Shown here: piece by piece, positions 1 through 9,113 of the stretch
How positions within the stretch are numbered: position 1 is the stretch's first letter
How the letters are laid out: every line of letters starts with the position of its first letter
From: Planctomycetota bacterium
GTDB lineage: Bacteria; Planctomycetota; UBA1135; UBA2386
DNA: 64,000 bases
Assembly (NCBI GenBank): GCA_965223545.1
Contig: OZ245006.1
Span: 2,272,001 to 2,336,000, forward strand
Reading direction: 5' to 3'
The notes under the pieces: model-generated
Database searches by the model: none
What the model saw: only the letters and a program-made list of their open reading frames with translations
What the model was told of the DNA's origin: nothing
Made by a program: the position numbers and the translations under genes

Positions 1-2
1 GC

Positions 3-1385
3 ACCTTCGGCACGGCCGATGACGTGTTCGGCTCGCCGGGGGTGATCGCCAACCTCGCCAACGGCGAGTACACCCGACAGCAGCCGTTCGGGCTGCGCCC
101 ACAGGTCACCGGCCGCAAGGCGCCACCGACCATCATGGCGGCGTTCAACCGCGAGCAGTTCTGGGACGGCCGCGCGACCCCGACCTTCACCGACCCGGTC
201 AGCGGCGCCGCGCTGTTCGGTGCCGGCAGCTCGCTCGAACAACAGGCATCCGAGCCGCCGCTGTCGACCGTCGAGATGGCGCACGCCGGCGAGAACTGGA
301 CGGCTCTGGCTGCCGAGATCGCGGGTGCGCGGCCGCTGGCGCTGGCCAGCAACCTACCGCCGGCGCTGGAGTCGTGGATCGGCAGCCGCGACTACCCCGC
401 GCTGTTCTTCGAGGCGTTCGGCAGCACCGCGGTGACACCGGTCCGCATTCTGCAGGCCATCGCGACCTACCAGCGCACGCTGATCGCCGATGGCGCGCCG
501 TTCGACGCGTTCCTCGCCGGCCAACCGGGCGCCCTGACTCCGCAGGAGCAGCGCGGACTGCAGGTCTTCCGCGGCGCGGCGCGCTGCGACACTTGCCACA
601 GCGGCCCGCTGCTGACCAACCAGCAGTACTTCAACATCGGCGTGCGGCCGGCGTTCGAGGACCCCGGCCGCGGGGCGATCACCGGCGATCCCGCCGACCA
701 GGGCGCGTTCAAGGTCCAGGGGCTGCGCAACATCGCGCTGCGCGCGCCCTATTTCCACAACGGCCGAATGCCGACACTGCAGGCTGTGGTCCGGTTCTAC
801 CGGCGCGGCGGCGACTTCCAGCAGGGGCAGACCACGCTGATCCAGCCGTTCCGCATCAGCCCGCAGGAAGAGGCCGACCTGTTGGCGTTCTTGACCAACG
901 CGCTGACCGATCCACGCGTCGCCGCCGGCCTACCGCCCTTCGACCGCCCCACGCTGTTCTCCGAATCGAGCCGCGCACCAACCGCCTACGGTTTCGGCGC
1001 CGCGGGCAGCAACGGCCGAGTGCCGGCGATGATCGCGCCGGAGCCGCCACTGCTGGGCAGCACGCGCTTCACCATGGCGATCGAAGGCGCAGCTCCGGGC
1101 AGCGCCGCGGTGCTACTGCTCGACCTGGCCCGCGGCAACGGCGCCCCGATCGCCGGCATCCCCGCCTGGGTGGCCGGCAGTCCGGCGTTGGGTGTGGCGC
1201 CCCTGGGTGCCCTCGCCGGCGGCGGCCCCGGCGGCGCGTGGATCTCGTGGAGCACCGCTCTGCCCACCGACCCGGCCCTCGCCACCCGTCAGCTGTTCAC
1301 GCAAGCGGCGATCCTCGACCCCGGCATGCCCGGCGGCCTCGCGAGCACGGCGGGTTTGGAGATTCGCTGGCTCGCGCCGCGGTAG
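3..1385 (+). CDS. Di-heme cytochrome c peroxidase/MauG-family protein with C-terminal shared module (5' truncated by window edge)
   Basis: RKAPPTIMAAFNREQFWDGRA, heme motif CDTCH, GAFKVQGLRNIALRAPYFHNG are CcP hallmarks; frame is open to the window start; C-terminus LPTDPALATRQLFTQAAILDPGMPGGLASTAGL. Confidence 0.85.
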   Translation, partial: TFGTADDVFGSPGVIANLANGEYTRQQPFGLRPQVTGRKAPPTIMAAFNREQFWDGRATPTFTDPVSGAALFGAGSSLEQQASEPPLSTVEMAHAGENWTALAAEIAGARPLALASNLPPALESWIGSRDYPALFFEAFGSTAVTPVRILQAIATYQRTLIADGAPFDAFLAGQPGALTPQEQRGLQVFRGAARCDTCHSGPLLTNQQYFNIGVRPAFEDPGRGAITGDPADQGAFKVQGLRNIALRAPYFHNGRMPTLQAVVRFYRRGGDFQQGQTTLIQPFRISPQEEADLLAFLTNALTDPRVAAGLPPFDRPTLFSESSRAPTAYGFGAAGSNGRVPAMIAPEPPLLGSTRFTMAIEGAAPGSAAVLLLDLARGNGAPIAGIPAWVAGSPALGVAPLGALAGGGPGGAWISWSTALPTDPALATRQLFTQAAILDPGMPGGLASTAGLEIRWLAPR

Positions 1386-1398
1386 CGACGCCGCCAAA

Positions 1399-1845
1399 TC
1401 AGCCCGCCGCAAGGTCCGCCAGCACGCGCGCCGGATGCTCCTTGGGCGCGACGTCGTCGTAGACGCGCAGCACGTTGCCGTCGGCGCCGACGACCACCGT
1501 GATCCGGTTGGGGTACGCCGCGTCCGGGCCGGCGGCAGCGCCGTACGCCACAGCCAAGCGATGGTCGACGTCGCACAGCAGCGCGAACGGAAACCGGTGC
1601 TTGTCGACGAACGCGCGGTTGTCCTCGACCGTGTCGAACGACGCGCCGAGGATCACGGCACCAGCTGCCTCGAATTCGCGGGCTCGATCACGGAACCCGC
1701 CGCCCTCGACCGTTCAACCGGGCGTGTCGGCCTTGGGATAGAACCACAAGACCAGCACCTTGCCGCGAAACTCCTCGAGGGTACGAACCGATCCCGTGTG
1801 GTCGGGCACCGAGAACGCCGGTGCCGGGTCTCCAGCTTGGAGCAT
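1399..1845 (-). CDS. bcp: Selenocysteine-containing peroxiredoxin (BCP/PrxQ family), Sec44
   Basis: ATG 1845 preceded by AGAGGA; MLQAGDPAPAFSVPDHTG...VLWFYPKADTPG-UGA(1716-1714)-TVEGGGFRDRAREFEAAGAVILGASFD...; the UGA occupies the peroxidatic Cys position of the YPKxxTPGC motif and the frame continues into ORF 1399..1656. Confidence 0.9.
1681..1711 (-). promoter_or_regulatory. Putative bacterial SECIS hairpin
   Basis: Starts 2 nt after UGA: GGUCGA-GG-GCGG-(CGGGUU)-CCGU-GA-UCGA-GCC forms a two-part stem with a G-containing apical loop. Confidence 0.6.
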
Positions 1846-1958
1846 GGTTCCTCTCTTGCGGCCGAACAGCAGCCAGCGCAACAGCTTCAGTGCTTCCACG
1901 GATGACCGATTCGACCAGCTCCGCGGCTCCGAGGCGAGGCCCGTCCGGACCTTCTCGC

Positions 1959-2405
1959 CTATCGCCGACCCGGGGCAAACACCACCAGCACGTGCAGGTC
2001 TTCCTCGATGTCGACGAACCGGTGCTCGATTCCCGCTTTGACGTAGAGCACGGTGCCCGGCTCGACCGCGATCCTCTCGCCGTCGACGAGAAAACCCGCC
2101 CGTCCCGCCTGCACGACGTAGATCTCGTCGCGGCGATGCGGACTCTGGCGATCTTCGGCACCCGCGGGCAAGACGTAGAGACCGGTGCTGAGGGCGGGCA
2201 CGTCGAGGAACGGCAGATAGGCGCGCTCGCTGGCGGCCCGCCGGCGCAGCAGGGCCTCCATGGAGAACGCCTTCCAGGCGGGGGGCTCGGCGGTGGCCGC
2301 GGTCTCCGCGGCGGTCGCGGTCTCCGGCGCGCGGCGGACGGGGTCCTGCTGCACGACCAGGACCCCGATCAGGCAAACGGCAACGATGAAGAGTTGGGGG
2401 TTCAT
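1959..2405 (-). CDS. Cupin-domain protein with N-terminal signal/TM
   Basis: GLYVLPAGAEDRQSPHRRDEIYVVQAG...GIEHRF cupin motifs; SD GGAGA. Confidence 0.8.
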   Translation of the reverse strand: MNPQLFIVAVCLIGVLVVQQDPVRRAPETATAAETAATAEPPAWKAFSMEALLRRRAASERAYLPFLDVPALSTGLYVLPAGAEDRQSPHRRDEIYVVQAGRAGFLVDGERIAVEPGTVLYVKAGIEHRFVDIEEDLHVLVVFAPGRR

Positions 2406-2458
2406 GCTGGAGTTCTCCGCGGTGAGTGGTCGATCCCGGGGATACGATCGCCGGCACG

Positions 2459-2653
2459 ATGCTGATGACCAAGCGCAAGAAAGCCATGCTCGTGGTGTGG
2501 TTGTCGACCCTGCCCGGCCTGGCGTTGCTCAGCAGCTGCGCCGGACCCGAGCGGGCGCCGCACCAGGCAATTCAAGGCGTCGACACCGACGACAACGAGG
2601 TCTACAACGCATACGACAGCGCGCCGACGAGCCGCGCTTCGACCACCAAGTAG
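2459..2653 (+). CDS. Small putative lipoprotein
   Basis: Basic N-terminus, hydrophobic stretch, lipobox-like LLSSC; first gene of a lipoprotein run. Confidence 0.5.
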   Translation: MLMTKRKKAMLVVWLSTLPGLALLSSCAGPERAPHQAIQGVDTDDNEVYNAYDSAPTSRASTTK

Positions 2654-2708
2654 CCGCTCGACTTTGGCGATGGTGCGCCAGCCGGTCGGGCAAGCCAAGG
2701 GAGGACTC

Positions 2709-3305
2709 ATGCCATACCGCCATCTCGGTCTCGCCGCGTTGTTGTTGGCGATCTGCGCGTGCCAGCAGCCGCGCGCGCGCATCATGAGCGACAGCGACCA
2801 AGACCTGGTCGGTGATCGCAGCGCCGGGGCGCCGACCTACGACCGGCTGATCAGCGAGACGGTGACCAAGCTGCTCGGCGACGTCAGCGCGCAGCGCGCC
2901 GGCGACGACCGGCTGCGCATCGCCTGCCTGGAGGTCGAGAACCTGAGCGCCGAGGAGCTCGGCGACTGGCAAGAGCACCTGTACTCGCTGCTGACCACCA
3001 GCATCGCCCGCTCCGAGCGCTACGACCTGATCAGCCGGCGCGCGGTACAGGCCGCGCTGCGCGAGACCCGGGTGAGCGCCGACCAGCTGTTCCTGCCGCG
3101 CTATCGCAACCTGTTCGCCGAGGCATTGGGCAGTGCCGGCTCGCCGGTGGACGCCATGCTGTTCCCGTCGCTGACCAGCGGCACGACGCAGGGCACCGGT
3201 GACTCCTCGCAGCGCAACTACGACCTCGCGCTCGAGCTGGTCGACCTCGAGAGCGGCTACAGCCGCCGGGTCTCCGAGCGGGTGCGCAAGGAGTATCGCC
3301 GCTAA
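2709..3305 (+). CDS. LpoB/CsgG-like lipoprotein
   Basis: SD GGAGGA; lipobox-like AICAC; IACLEVENLSAE...SIARSERYDLISR...YDLALELVDLESG resembles the LpoB/CsgG fold. Confidence 0.6.
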   Translation: MPYRHLGLAALLLAICACQQPRARIMSDSDQDLVGDRSAGAPTYDRLISETVTKLLGDVSAQRAGDDRLRIACLEVENLSAEELGDWQEHLYSLLTTSIARSERYDLISRRAVQAALRETRVSADQLFLPRYRNLFAEALGSAGSPVDAMLFPSLTSGTTQGTGDSSQRNYDLALELVDLESGYSRRVSERVRKEYRR

Positions 3306-3320
3306 AGGCGTGGACTGACG

Positions 3321-4733
3321 GTGGCGCGCGCGCTGGCATTCGCCGCCCTGGCGCTGAGCACCGCGTGCGCCAGCGACCCGATGCCGCAGATCCGCCGCGA
3401 CTTCGCGGCGGGGCGGTACGACGCTGCCCGCGACGCGTTGGCCGCGGCCGAAGCCGCGGCCGGCGGCGACCGACACGTCTACGCCTTGGAACGCGCCGTG
3501 ACGGAGCTGGCGGTCGGCGATCCGGACGCCGCCGAAGCAGCGCTACGCGCGGCGCGCGACCGCCTGGACGCGCTGCAGGGCGGCGGTGCTCTCGAGTGGC
3601 TCGGGGCGGTCTTGTTGGACGAGCGGCAGACCGACTACGCCGGCGCGGACTACGAAACCGTGCTGGTGCGCGCGCTGCTGGCGGTCGCCAACCTCATGCG
3701 CGGCGGCCGCGATGCCGGCGCCTACGCACTGCAAGTGCTGGAAGTGCAACGCGCGCTCATGGCCGCTTTCGAAGCCGGCGGCGAACACCCCAAGCAGGCC
3801 TACAAGCTGGTCGCCTTCGGCTCCTACCTGCGCGCGATCCTGGCCGAGGGCGACCCGCTGCGCCGCGACGCCGCGCGCCATGCCTACCAAGCGACGCTCG
3901 ACCTCGAGCCGCAGCTGCAGCTCGCGCACGATGGCCTCGCCCGCTCCACCGACGGCCAGCATTCGGCCCGCGGCAACGGCGTCGTCCACGTCCTCGCCTT
4001 GGTCGGCCGCGGCCCGTATCGGGTCGAGGTCGATGCCCCGGCAACGCGCGACGTGCTGGCCATCGCGCAGCTGGTGTGGGCGCAGATCCGCGGGCGGGTG
4101 ACGTTTCCCAACATCAGTCGCGTGCTGGTGCCCGCACTCGCGTTCCACGCCGACAACCCCACCGAGGTGCACGTCGAGGCCGACGGACGCTGGGCCGGCG
4201 TCGCGGAGGTCGTCACCGACGTCGAGCAGACCGCGCAACGCGAGTTCGAGGCGATGGGGCGCTTCATCACAGCCCGCGCAGTGCTGCGCCGCGTGGTCAA
4301 GATCGCCGTCACCGAAGGACTCAAGGAGGCGATCAATCCAAAGGAGCAGCGGCAGCGCTCTCGACCACGCAGCGGCGGCGACCCTCGACCGCGCCGGAAC
4401 CCGCCCCCGCGCGCCCAAGCCAACCCGCTCATCGATCTCGCCGTGTCGCTCGGCGGGTTGCTGTGGACCGCCGTCGAGCGCGCCGACCTGCGCTGCTGGA
4501 GCCTGCTGCCGGCCCGCTTCGCGGCTCTGCGCCTCGAGCTGCCGGTCGGTCTCCACCGGATCACCATCGTCGCCGGCGCCGGCGGCACTCCCGTCGGCGC
4601 ACCGCAGCACGTCGACGTGCTCGTGCGCGACGGCTTCAACAGCTATGTCCTGGCTCTCGTCCCGACGCTGCGCGGAGGGCCGCCGCCGCTGACTTCGGAC
4701 CCCTTCATCCTTCACCCCGACACCCGACCATGA
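3321..4733 (+). CDS. COG3014-like TPR lipoprotein
   Basis: Lipobox STAC; DYAGADYE, ADLRCWSLLP motifs characteristic of the COG3014 family that accompanies LpoB-like genes. Confidence 0.65.
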   Translation: MARALAFAALALSTACASDPMPQIRRDFAAGRYDAARDALAAAEAAAGGDRHVYALERAVTELAVGDPDAAEAALRAARDRLDALQGGGALEWLGAVLLDERQTDYAGADYETVLVRALLAVANLMRGGRDAGAYALQVLEVQRALMAAFEAGGEHPKQAYKLVAFGSYLRAILAEGDPLRRDAARHAYQATLDLEPQLQLAHDGLARSTDGQHSARGNGVVHVLALVGRGPYRVEVDAPATRDVLAIAQLVWAQIRGRVTFPNISRVLVPALAFHADNPTEVHVEADGRWAGVAEVVTDVEQTAQREFEAMGRFITARAVLRRVVKIAVTEGLKEAINPKEQRQRSRPRSGGDPRPRRNPPPRAQANPLIDLAVSLGGLLWTAVERADLRCWSLLPARFAALRLELPVGLHRITIVAGAGGTPVGAPQHVDVLVRDGFNSYVLALVPTLRGGPPPLTSDPFILHPDTRP

Positions 4734-5068
4734 GCTCATCCATCTTCCGCGGCGCCGCCTCGCGTTCGTTCCTCACCGCATCGGCGTGCGTCTCGTTCGC
4801 ACTCCTCACCGGTTGTGCGTGGAGCAACCCACACGGCAGCCAGAGCCTCGAGCCCGTCCACCGCCTGGTCACCGAGCCGCGCGACGCCACCGTCCACCTG
4901 GAGCGCCTCAACCGCACCTACCGCGCCCCCTGTGACTTCCCGATGGACGTCTACGAGAGCGACGTCGTGCGCATCACCAAGGAGGGCTTCCTGCCGTTCG
5001 AAGGACCGCTCGGCTCCCTGCCCGAAGTCGCCCGCGGCACCCGCAAGTGCCTCCTCGCAAAACGCTAA
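4730..5068 (+). CDS. Small lipoprotein, PEGA-like
   Basis: ATGA overlap with upstream stop; lipobox LLTGC; TEPRDATVHL...VVRITKEGF. Confidence 0.6.
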   Translation: MSSSIFRGAASRSFLTASACVSFALLTGCAWSNPHGSQSLEPVHRLVTEPRDATVHLERLNRTYRAPCDFPMDVYESDVVRITKEGFLPFEGPLGSLPEVARGTRKCLLAKR

Positions 5069-5123
5069 CCGAACGTACGGAGCCAGGCTCCCATTCATCA
5101 CGGACGACCGCGGTCCGCGTGGC

Positions 5124-6254
5124 CTACGCCACCCGCAACCCGTCGCGCACGCCGCGGTCCCGGCTCACCCGCCAGATCTTCTGGTCGAGGTAGTAGTGGT
5201 GGAAGGCGAAGCCCCACCAAAACGCCACCGCCAACTCGGACACCGTGTATCCACTCCCCAGAGCCGTCGCGCTGACCGCGTTGGGGCCGGGGCCACCGGG
5301 GATGTCCTCCATGCCGGTGAAGAACCAGCTGGAGTAGCGCACCAAGAACGTGAAGAGCAGACCGGCGGCGTAGTAGGTCAAGAAGTTGCGGCTGACCGCC
5401 GTCGCCAGCCAACCGTGGCGCGCGCGCGCGTCGTCGCGGTGGTAGCGGTTGCGGTTGAAGTACCAAACGATGCCGTGGTACTGGATGTTGTGGTGGAAGG
5501 TCACCGCCACCGAGAACATCAGCAAGTCCAGCCGTTCGGCCACCGCCGGCACCATGCAGACCGTCCAATGCAGCGGCACGCACGACAGGAGAAACAGGTT
5601 CTTGACGCCGTTGACCGCTCGCCCGTGCTGCCACAACCACCACTGGCGCGCGAGGTAGAGCGCCGTGGCGCCACAGACGAGACCCTGTAGCAGTCGCAGC
5701 GCGATCAGGTCGCCGGCGCCGGGTGCCGCGCTCAGCAGCATCGCTTCCCTGGCCTGCGCGTTCACCAGGATGAAGCAGCCGAGCGGCGCGAGAATCGCCG
5801 TGTAGTAGAGCCAGTAGTCGAAGGCGTTGTCGCGGCCGGCGGGCTCGCCGCGCACCCGCTGGTACAGGCACATGAAGCCGTAGTGCTGGCGGACCACGTG
5901 CCAGTACGCCCACAAGTTGGCGAACACCAAGAACAGCAAGTACGGCTGCCGGCTACCCGCCCAAACCCCGAGGGCGACGGCGATCGGTCCCGGCAAGAAC
6001 CACAGCAGAGCGCCGAGGAACAGACCGCGGCGCTGCCGCCACTCCTCGGCGTCGCAATACGTTCGCGACAGCGTGCCGAACACGTGCGGCCCGTCGATCA
6101 GGACGACCCACGCCCACCACAGCACCATCACCGGCACTGCCAGCGCCAGGTTGAGATAGAGCAACAGGTAGGCCACCAGACCTGGGGCGATGTACCAGGC
6201 CAAGTCGAACCGCCGACCCGTGATCCAGCCAGTCTTGGACACCGAGGAGGTCAT
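5124..6254 (-). CDS. Polytopic membrane protein with His-rich motifs, function unknown
   Basis: About 8 hydrophobic segments; DGPHVFGTLSRTY, YWHVVRQHYG, FHHNIQYH, FHHYYLD. Confidence 0.75.
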   Translation of the reverse strand: MTSSVSKTGWITGRRFDLAWYIAPGLVAYLLLYLNLALAVPVMVLWWAWVVLIDGPHVFGTLSRTYCDAEEWRQRRGLFLGALLWFLPGPIAVALGVWAGSRQPYLLFLVFANLWAYWHVVRQHYGFMCLYQRVRGEPAGRDNAFDYWLYYTAILAPLGCFILVNAQAREAMLLSAAPGAGDLIALRLLQGLVCGATALYLARQWWLWQHGRAVNGVKNLFLLSCVPLHWTVCMVPAVAERLDLLMFSVAVTFHHNIQYHGIVWYFNRNRYHRDDARARHGWLATAVSRNFLTYYAAGLLFTFLVRYSSWFFTGMEDIPGGPGPNAVSATALGSGYTVSELAVAFWWGFAFHHYYLDQKIWRVSRDRGVRDGLRVA

Positions 6255-6352
6255 GGGGAAGCCCGCGTGCGTGCTGCCCACGGATTCTGCGGCTGCTCGC
6301 GGGAGCCGCCAACGGTTTTTGCACGGCGGCTCGCTGCTACCATCGGCTCGCG

Positions 6353-9070
6353 ATGTACCGGTGCCCCCAATGCGACACGGAGCTGAGCACGGCGACGGCG
6401 GCGTGCCCCCGCTGCGGGGCGGCGCCGGCGACGGCCCCGACCGAGGCCCTGGCCTCGACCCAGCCCTGGCCGCCACCGTCCGGTGGGGAGCCGACGGCGC
6501 CCGCCCGCGCGGACGAGATGCTGCGCCCCGGCGCCCTGCTGCTCGATCGCTACCGACTGCTGGCGCCGCTCGGCACCGGCGGCATGGGCACGGTCTACCG
6601 CGCCGAGGACCAGGTCCTCGGCCAGCAGGTCGCGCTCAAGTTCGTCGCGCCGCAGCTGTCCGAGAATCGCCAGGCGATCGAGGTGCTGGTCAACGAGGTC
6701 CGCACCGCGCGCCGGGTCACGCACGCCAACGTCTGCCGCGTACACGACCTCGGCGAGGTCGGCGGCCGCACGTTCATCAGCATGGAGCTGGTCGAGGGCG
6801 AGAACCTGTCATCGCTGCTGCGGCGCATCGGCCGGCCGTCGGCGGAGAAGTGCGCGCAGATCGCCCGCCAGCTGTGCGCCGGGCTGCACGCCGCGCACGA
6901 GCGCGGGGTCCTGCACCGCGACCTCAAGCCGGCCAACGTGATGCTGGATGCGAACGGCGACGTGCGCATCACCGACTTCGGCATCGCGGCGGCGGTCGAG
7001 ACTCTGCGCGACGAGGACGCCACGCCGGGCACTCCGGCCTACATGGCACCCGAGCTGTTCGGCGGCGCCACCGCCTCGGCACGCAGCGACGTGTACTCGC
7101 TCGGCCTGGTGTTGTTCGAGCTCTACACCGGCCGGCCGCTGTTTCGCGCCAGCTCGATGACCGAGCTCCTGCGCGCCCATCGCCAACCACCGATACCACC
7201 CTCCCACGTGGTGGCGGAGATCGACGATCGAGTCGAGCAGATCATCCTGCGCTGCCTGGCCGCCAACCCGCAGGAACGGCCGCGGTCCGCCATGGCGGTG
7301 CTGGCCGCGCTCCCTGGCGGCGACCCACTCGCCGCGGCGTTGGCGTCGGGCGAGACACCCTCCCCCGAGTTGATCGCGCAGGCCGGCGGCAGCGGCGTGC
7401 TGACCATGCGCGGTGCGGTGGCGATGGTGGTGACCACGATCCTCGGCGTGCTGCTGGCAGTGGCCCTCGAGGCCGACGTCAAGCTGATCGCGCGAAGCCC
7501 GCTGCCGCTGTCCGGACCCGTGCTCGCCGACCGCGCCGCGCGCATCCTCGAGCAGCTCGGCTACGCCGACGACGGCGGCTCCGTGGCGTGGGGCTTCGAG
7601 ATCGACCGGGCCTACGTCGACGCCATCGAGGCCCACTCCCCCACCGGCGACACTTGGCAGGAGCGGCTGTCGCGGGCGCGGCCAGCGGTGATGGACTTCT
7701 GGCTGCGCCGCGCGCCGCCGGACCAACGGCTGGAGGCCAACAACATCAAGGGTCGCGTGCAGCCCGACGACCCGCCGCTGACCCGGCCCGGCGAGGTGCG
7801 CCTTCGGCTCGACGGCGAGGGCCGTCTGCGCGCGCTGCAAGCGGTGCCGGCCGCGATCGCCGACCGACCGACGATCGAGGGCACCGGCGCGACGCGCAAT
7901 ACCGACCCAGGAGCGCCGGTCGACGCCGGCCCACTGTTCACGGCCGTGGGGCTCGACCCGAACCGGTTCGAAGAAGTCGAGCCGGCGCTGCTACCACGCA
8001 CCTACGCCGATCGACGGCGGGCTTGGCGCGGCGTCTACCCAGAACACCCCCAGCTGGCGGTCCGGCTGGAGGCGGCGTTCTTGGCCGGGCGACCGGTCAG
8101 CCTGCGCATCGTCGAGCAGCGGTGGCCCGACCGCAGCGACACCACCGGTGAGACGATTCCCCCGACGACGCGATCGTGGCGCTTCTTGTTGCGCGTCGCC
8201 TTGCTCGTGGCGATCGCCGCACTCGCCTGGCACGCCATGCGACGACGGCGGGGCGACCTGCGCGGCGCGCGCCGACTCGGCGCAACGATGGTCGTCACCG
8301 TCGTGCTCTTCACGGTGCTCGGTGGCGACTCCGGCGGCCACTGGAGCGGAATCGGCAATCTACTGGTCAAGGGGCTGATCCACGGCGTCGTGGTCGGCGC
8401 CGAGCTGGCCCTGTTCTACTTCGCGTTGGAACCGCACGTGCGGCGCCGGTGGCCGGAGACGATGATCTCCTGGTCGCGGCTGCTCACCGGGCGCTGGCGG
8501 GACCCGCTGGTCGGCCAGCACGTGTTGTTGGGGGCCGTGCTCGGTACCGCCGTGTTGTTGGTCGAGTATCTCCATTCGCTGGTGCCACGCTGGCTCGGCA
8601 CGATCGAGCCACGCCCCCTGCTGGTGCACCCCACCGGAGTCGACGCGCTCGCCGGGCCGTGGGCTTCGGCGAGCGCGTTCCTCGAGATCGCGGTCGACGC
8701 CACCCGCCAGGGCATGACGTTTTTTGCAGCGTTGGTCCTGGCCAAGCTCCTGCTGAAGAAGCCGCTGCTGGTGTTCGCCGCGAACGTCGCCGTGTGGACC
8801 GCGGTCTGGAGCGCTTCCGCCATGCAGGGAGCACCGCACGACCTGCTCCGGCACGCGATCCACGTCGCCGTCATCGCCGCGGTGATCACCGCGCTGGCGA
8901 TCCGCGCCGGCTTGCTGCCCCTGATCGTGGGCTTCATCATCGTCACCTTGCTGGGGTCGTTTCCGCTGCAGCTCGGCGGCAGCTGGTACGCAGGGGCCAC
9001 CTTGCTGCCGGTGGCCGCGCTCGCCATTGCCCTGGGCACCGCAGCACGCAGTGCGACGCGAGCGGTGTAG
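6353..9070 (+). CDS. Ser/Thr protein kinase with N-terminal zinc ribbon, extracytoplasmic domain and multi-TM C-terminus
   Basis: CPQC/CPRC; GTGGMGTVY, VALK, HRDLKPAN, DFG, GTPAYMAPE, SDVYSLG. Confidence 0.93.
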   Translation: MYRCPQCDTELSTATAACPRCGAAPATAPTEALASTQPWPPPSGGEPTAPARADEMLRPGALLLDRYRLLAPLGTGGMGTVYRAEDQVLGQQVALKFVAPQLSENRQAIEVLVNEVRTARRVTHANVCRVHDLGEVGGRTFISMELVEGENLSSLLRRIGRPSAEKCAQIARQLCAGLHAAHERGVLHRDLKPANVMLDANGDVRITDFGIAAAVETLRDEDATPGTPAYMAPELFGGATASARSDVYSLGLVLFELYTGRPLFRASSMTELLRAHRQPPIPPSHVVAEIDDRVEQIILRCLAANPQERPRSAMAVLAALPGGDPLAAALASGETPSPELIAQAGGSGVLTMRGAVAMVVTTILGVLLAVALEADVKLIARSPLPLSGPVLADRAARILEQLGYADDGGSVAWGFEIDRAYVDAIEAHSPTGDTWQERLSRARPAVMDFWLRRAPPDQRLEANNIKGRVQPDDPPLTRPGEVRLRLDGEGRLRALQAVPAAIADRPTIEGTGATRNTDPGAPVDAGPLFTAVGLDPNRFEEVEPALLPRTYADRRRAWRGVYPEHPQLAVRLEAAFLAGRPVSLRIVEQRWPDRSDTTGETIPPTTRSWRFLLRVALLVAIAALAWHAMRRRRGDLRGARRLGATMVVTVVLFTVLGGDSGGHWSGIGNLLVKGLIHGVVVGAELALFYFALEPHVRRRWPETMISWSRLLTGRWRDPLVGQHVLLGAVLGTAVLLVEYLHSLVPRWLGTIEPRPLLVHPTGVDALAGPWASASAFLEIAVDATRQGMTFFAALVLAKLLLKKPLLVFAANVAVWTAVWSASAMQGAPHDLLRHAIHVAVIAAVITALAIRAGLLPLIVGFIIVTLLGSFPLQLGGSWYAGATLLPVAALAIALGTAARSATRAV

Positions 9071-9113
9071 TGGACTGGTGGTCCGCGCCGGCAGCAGCTA
9101 CCCTCGCGCCCGC

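Noticed and set aside
970..1385. Calling the shared C-terminal module a T9SS CTD or PEP-CTERM
   Set aside because: It lacks YPNP/G.Y/K motifs and has no PEP-TM-basic tail.
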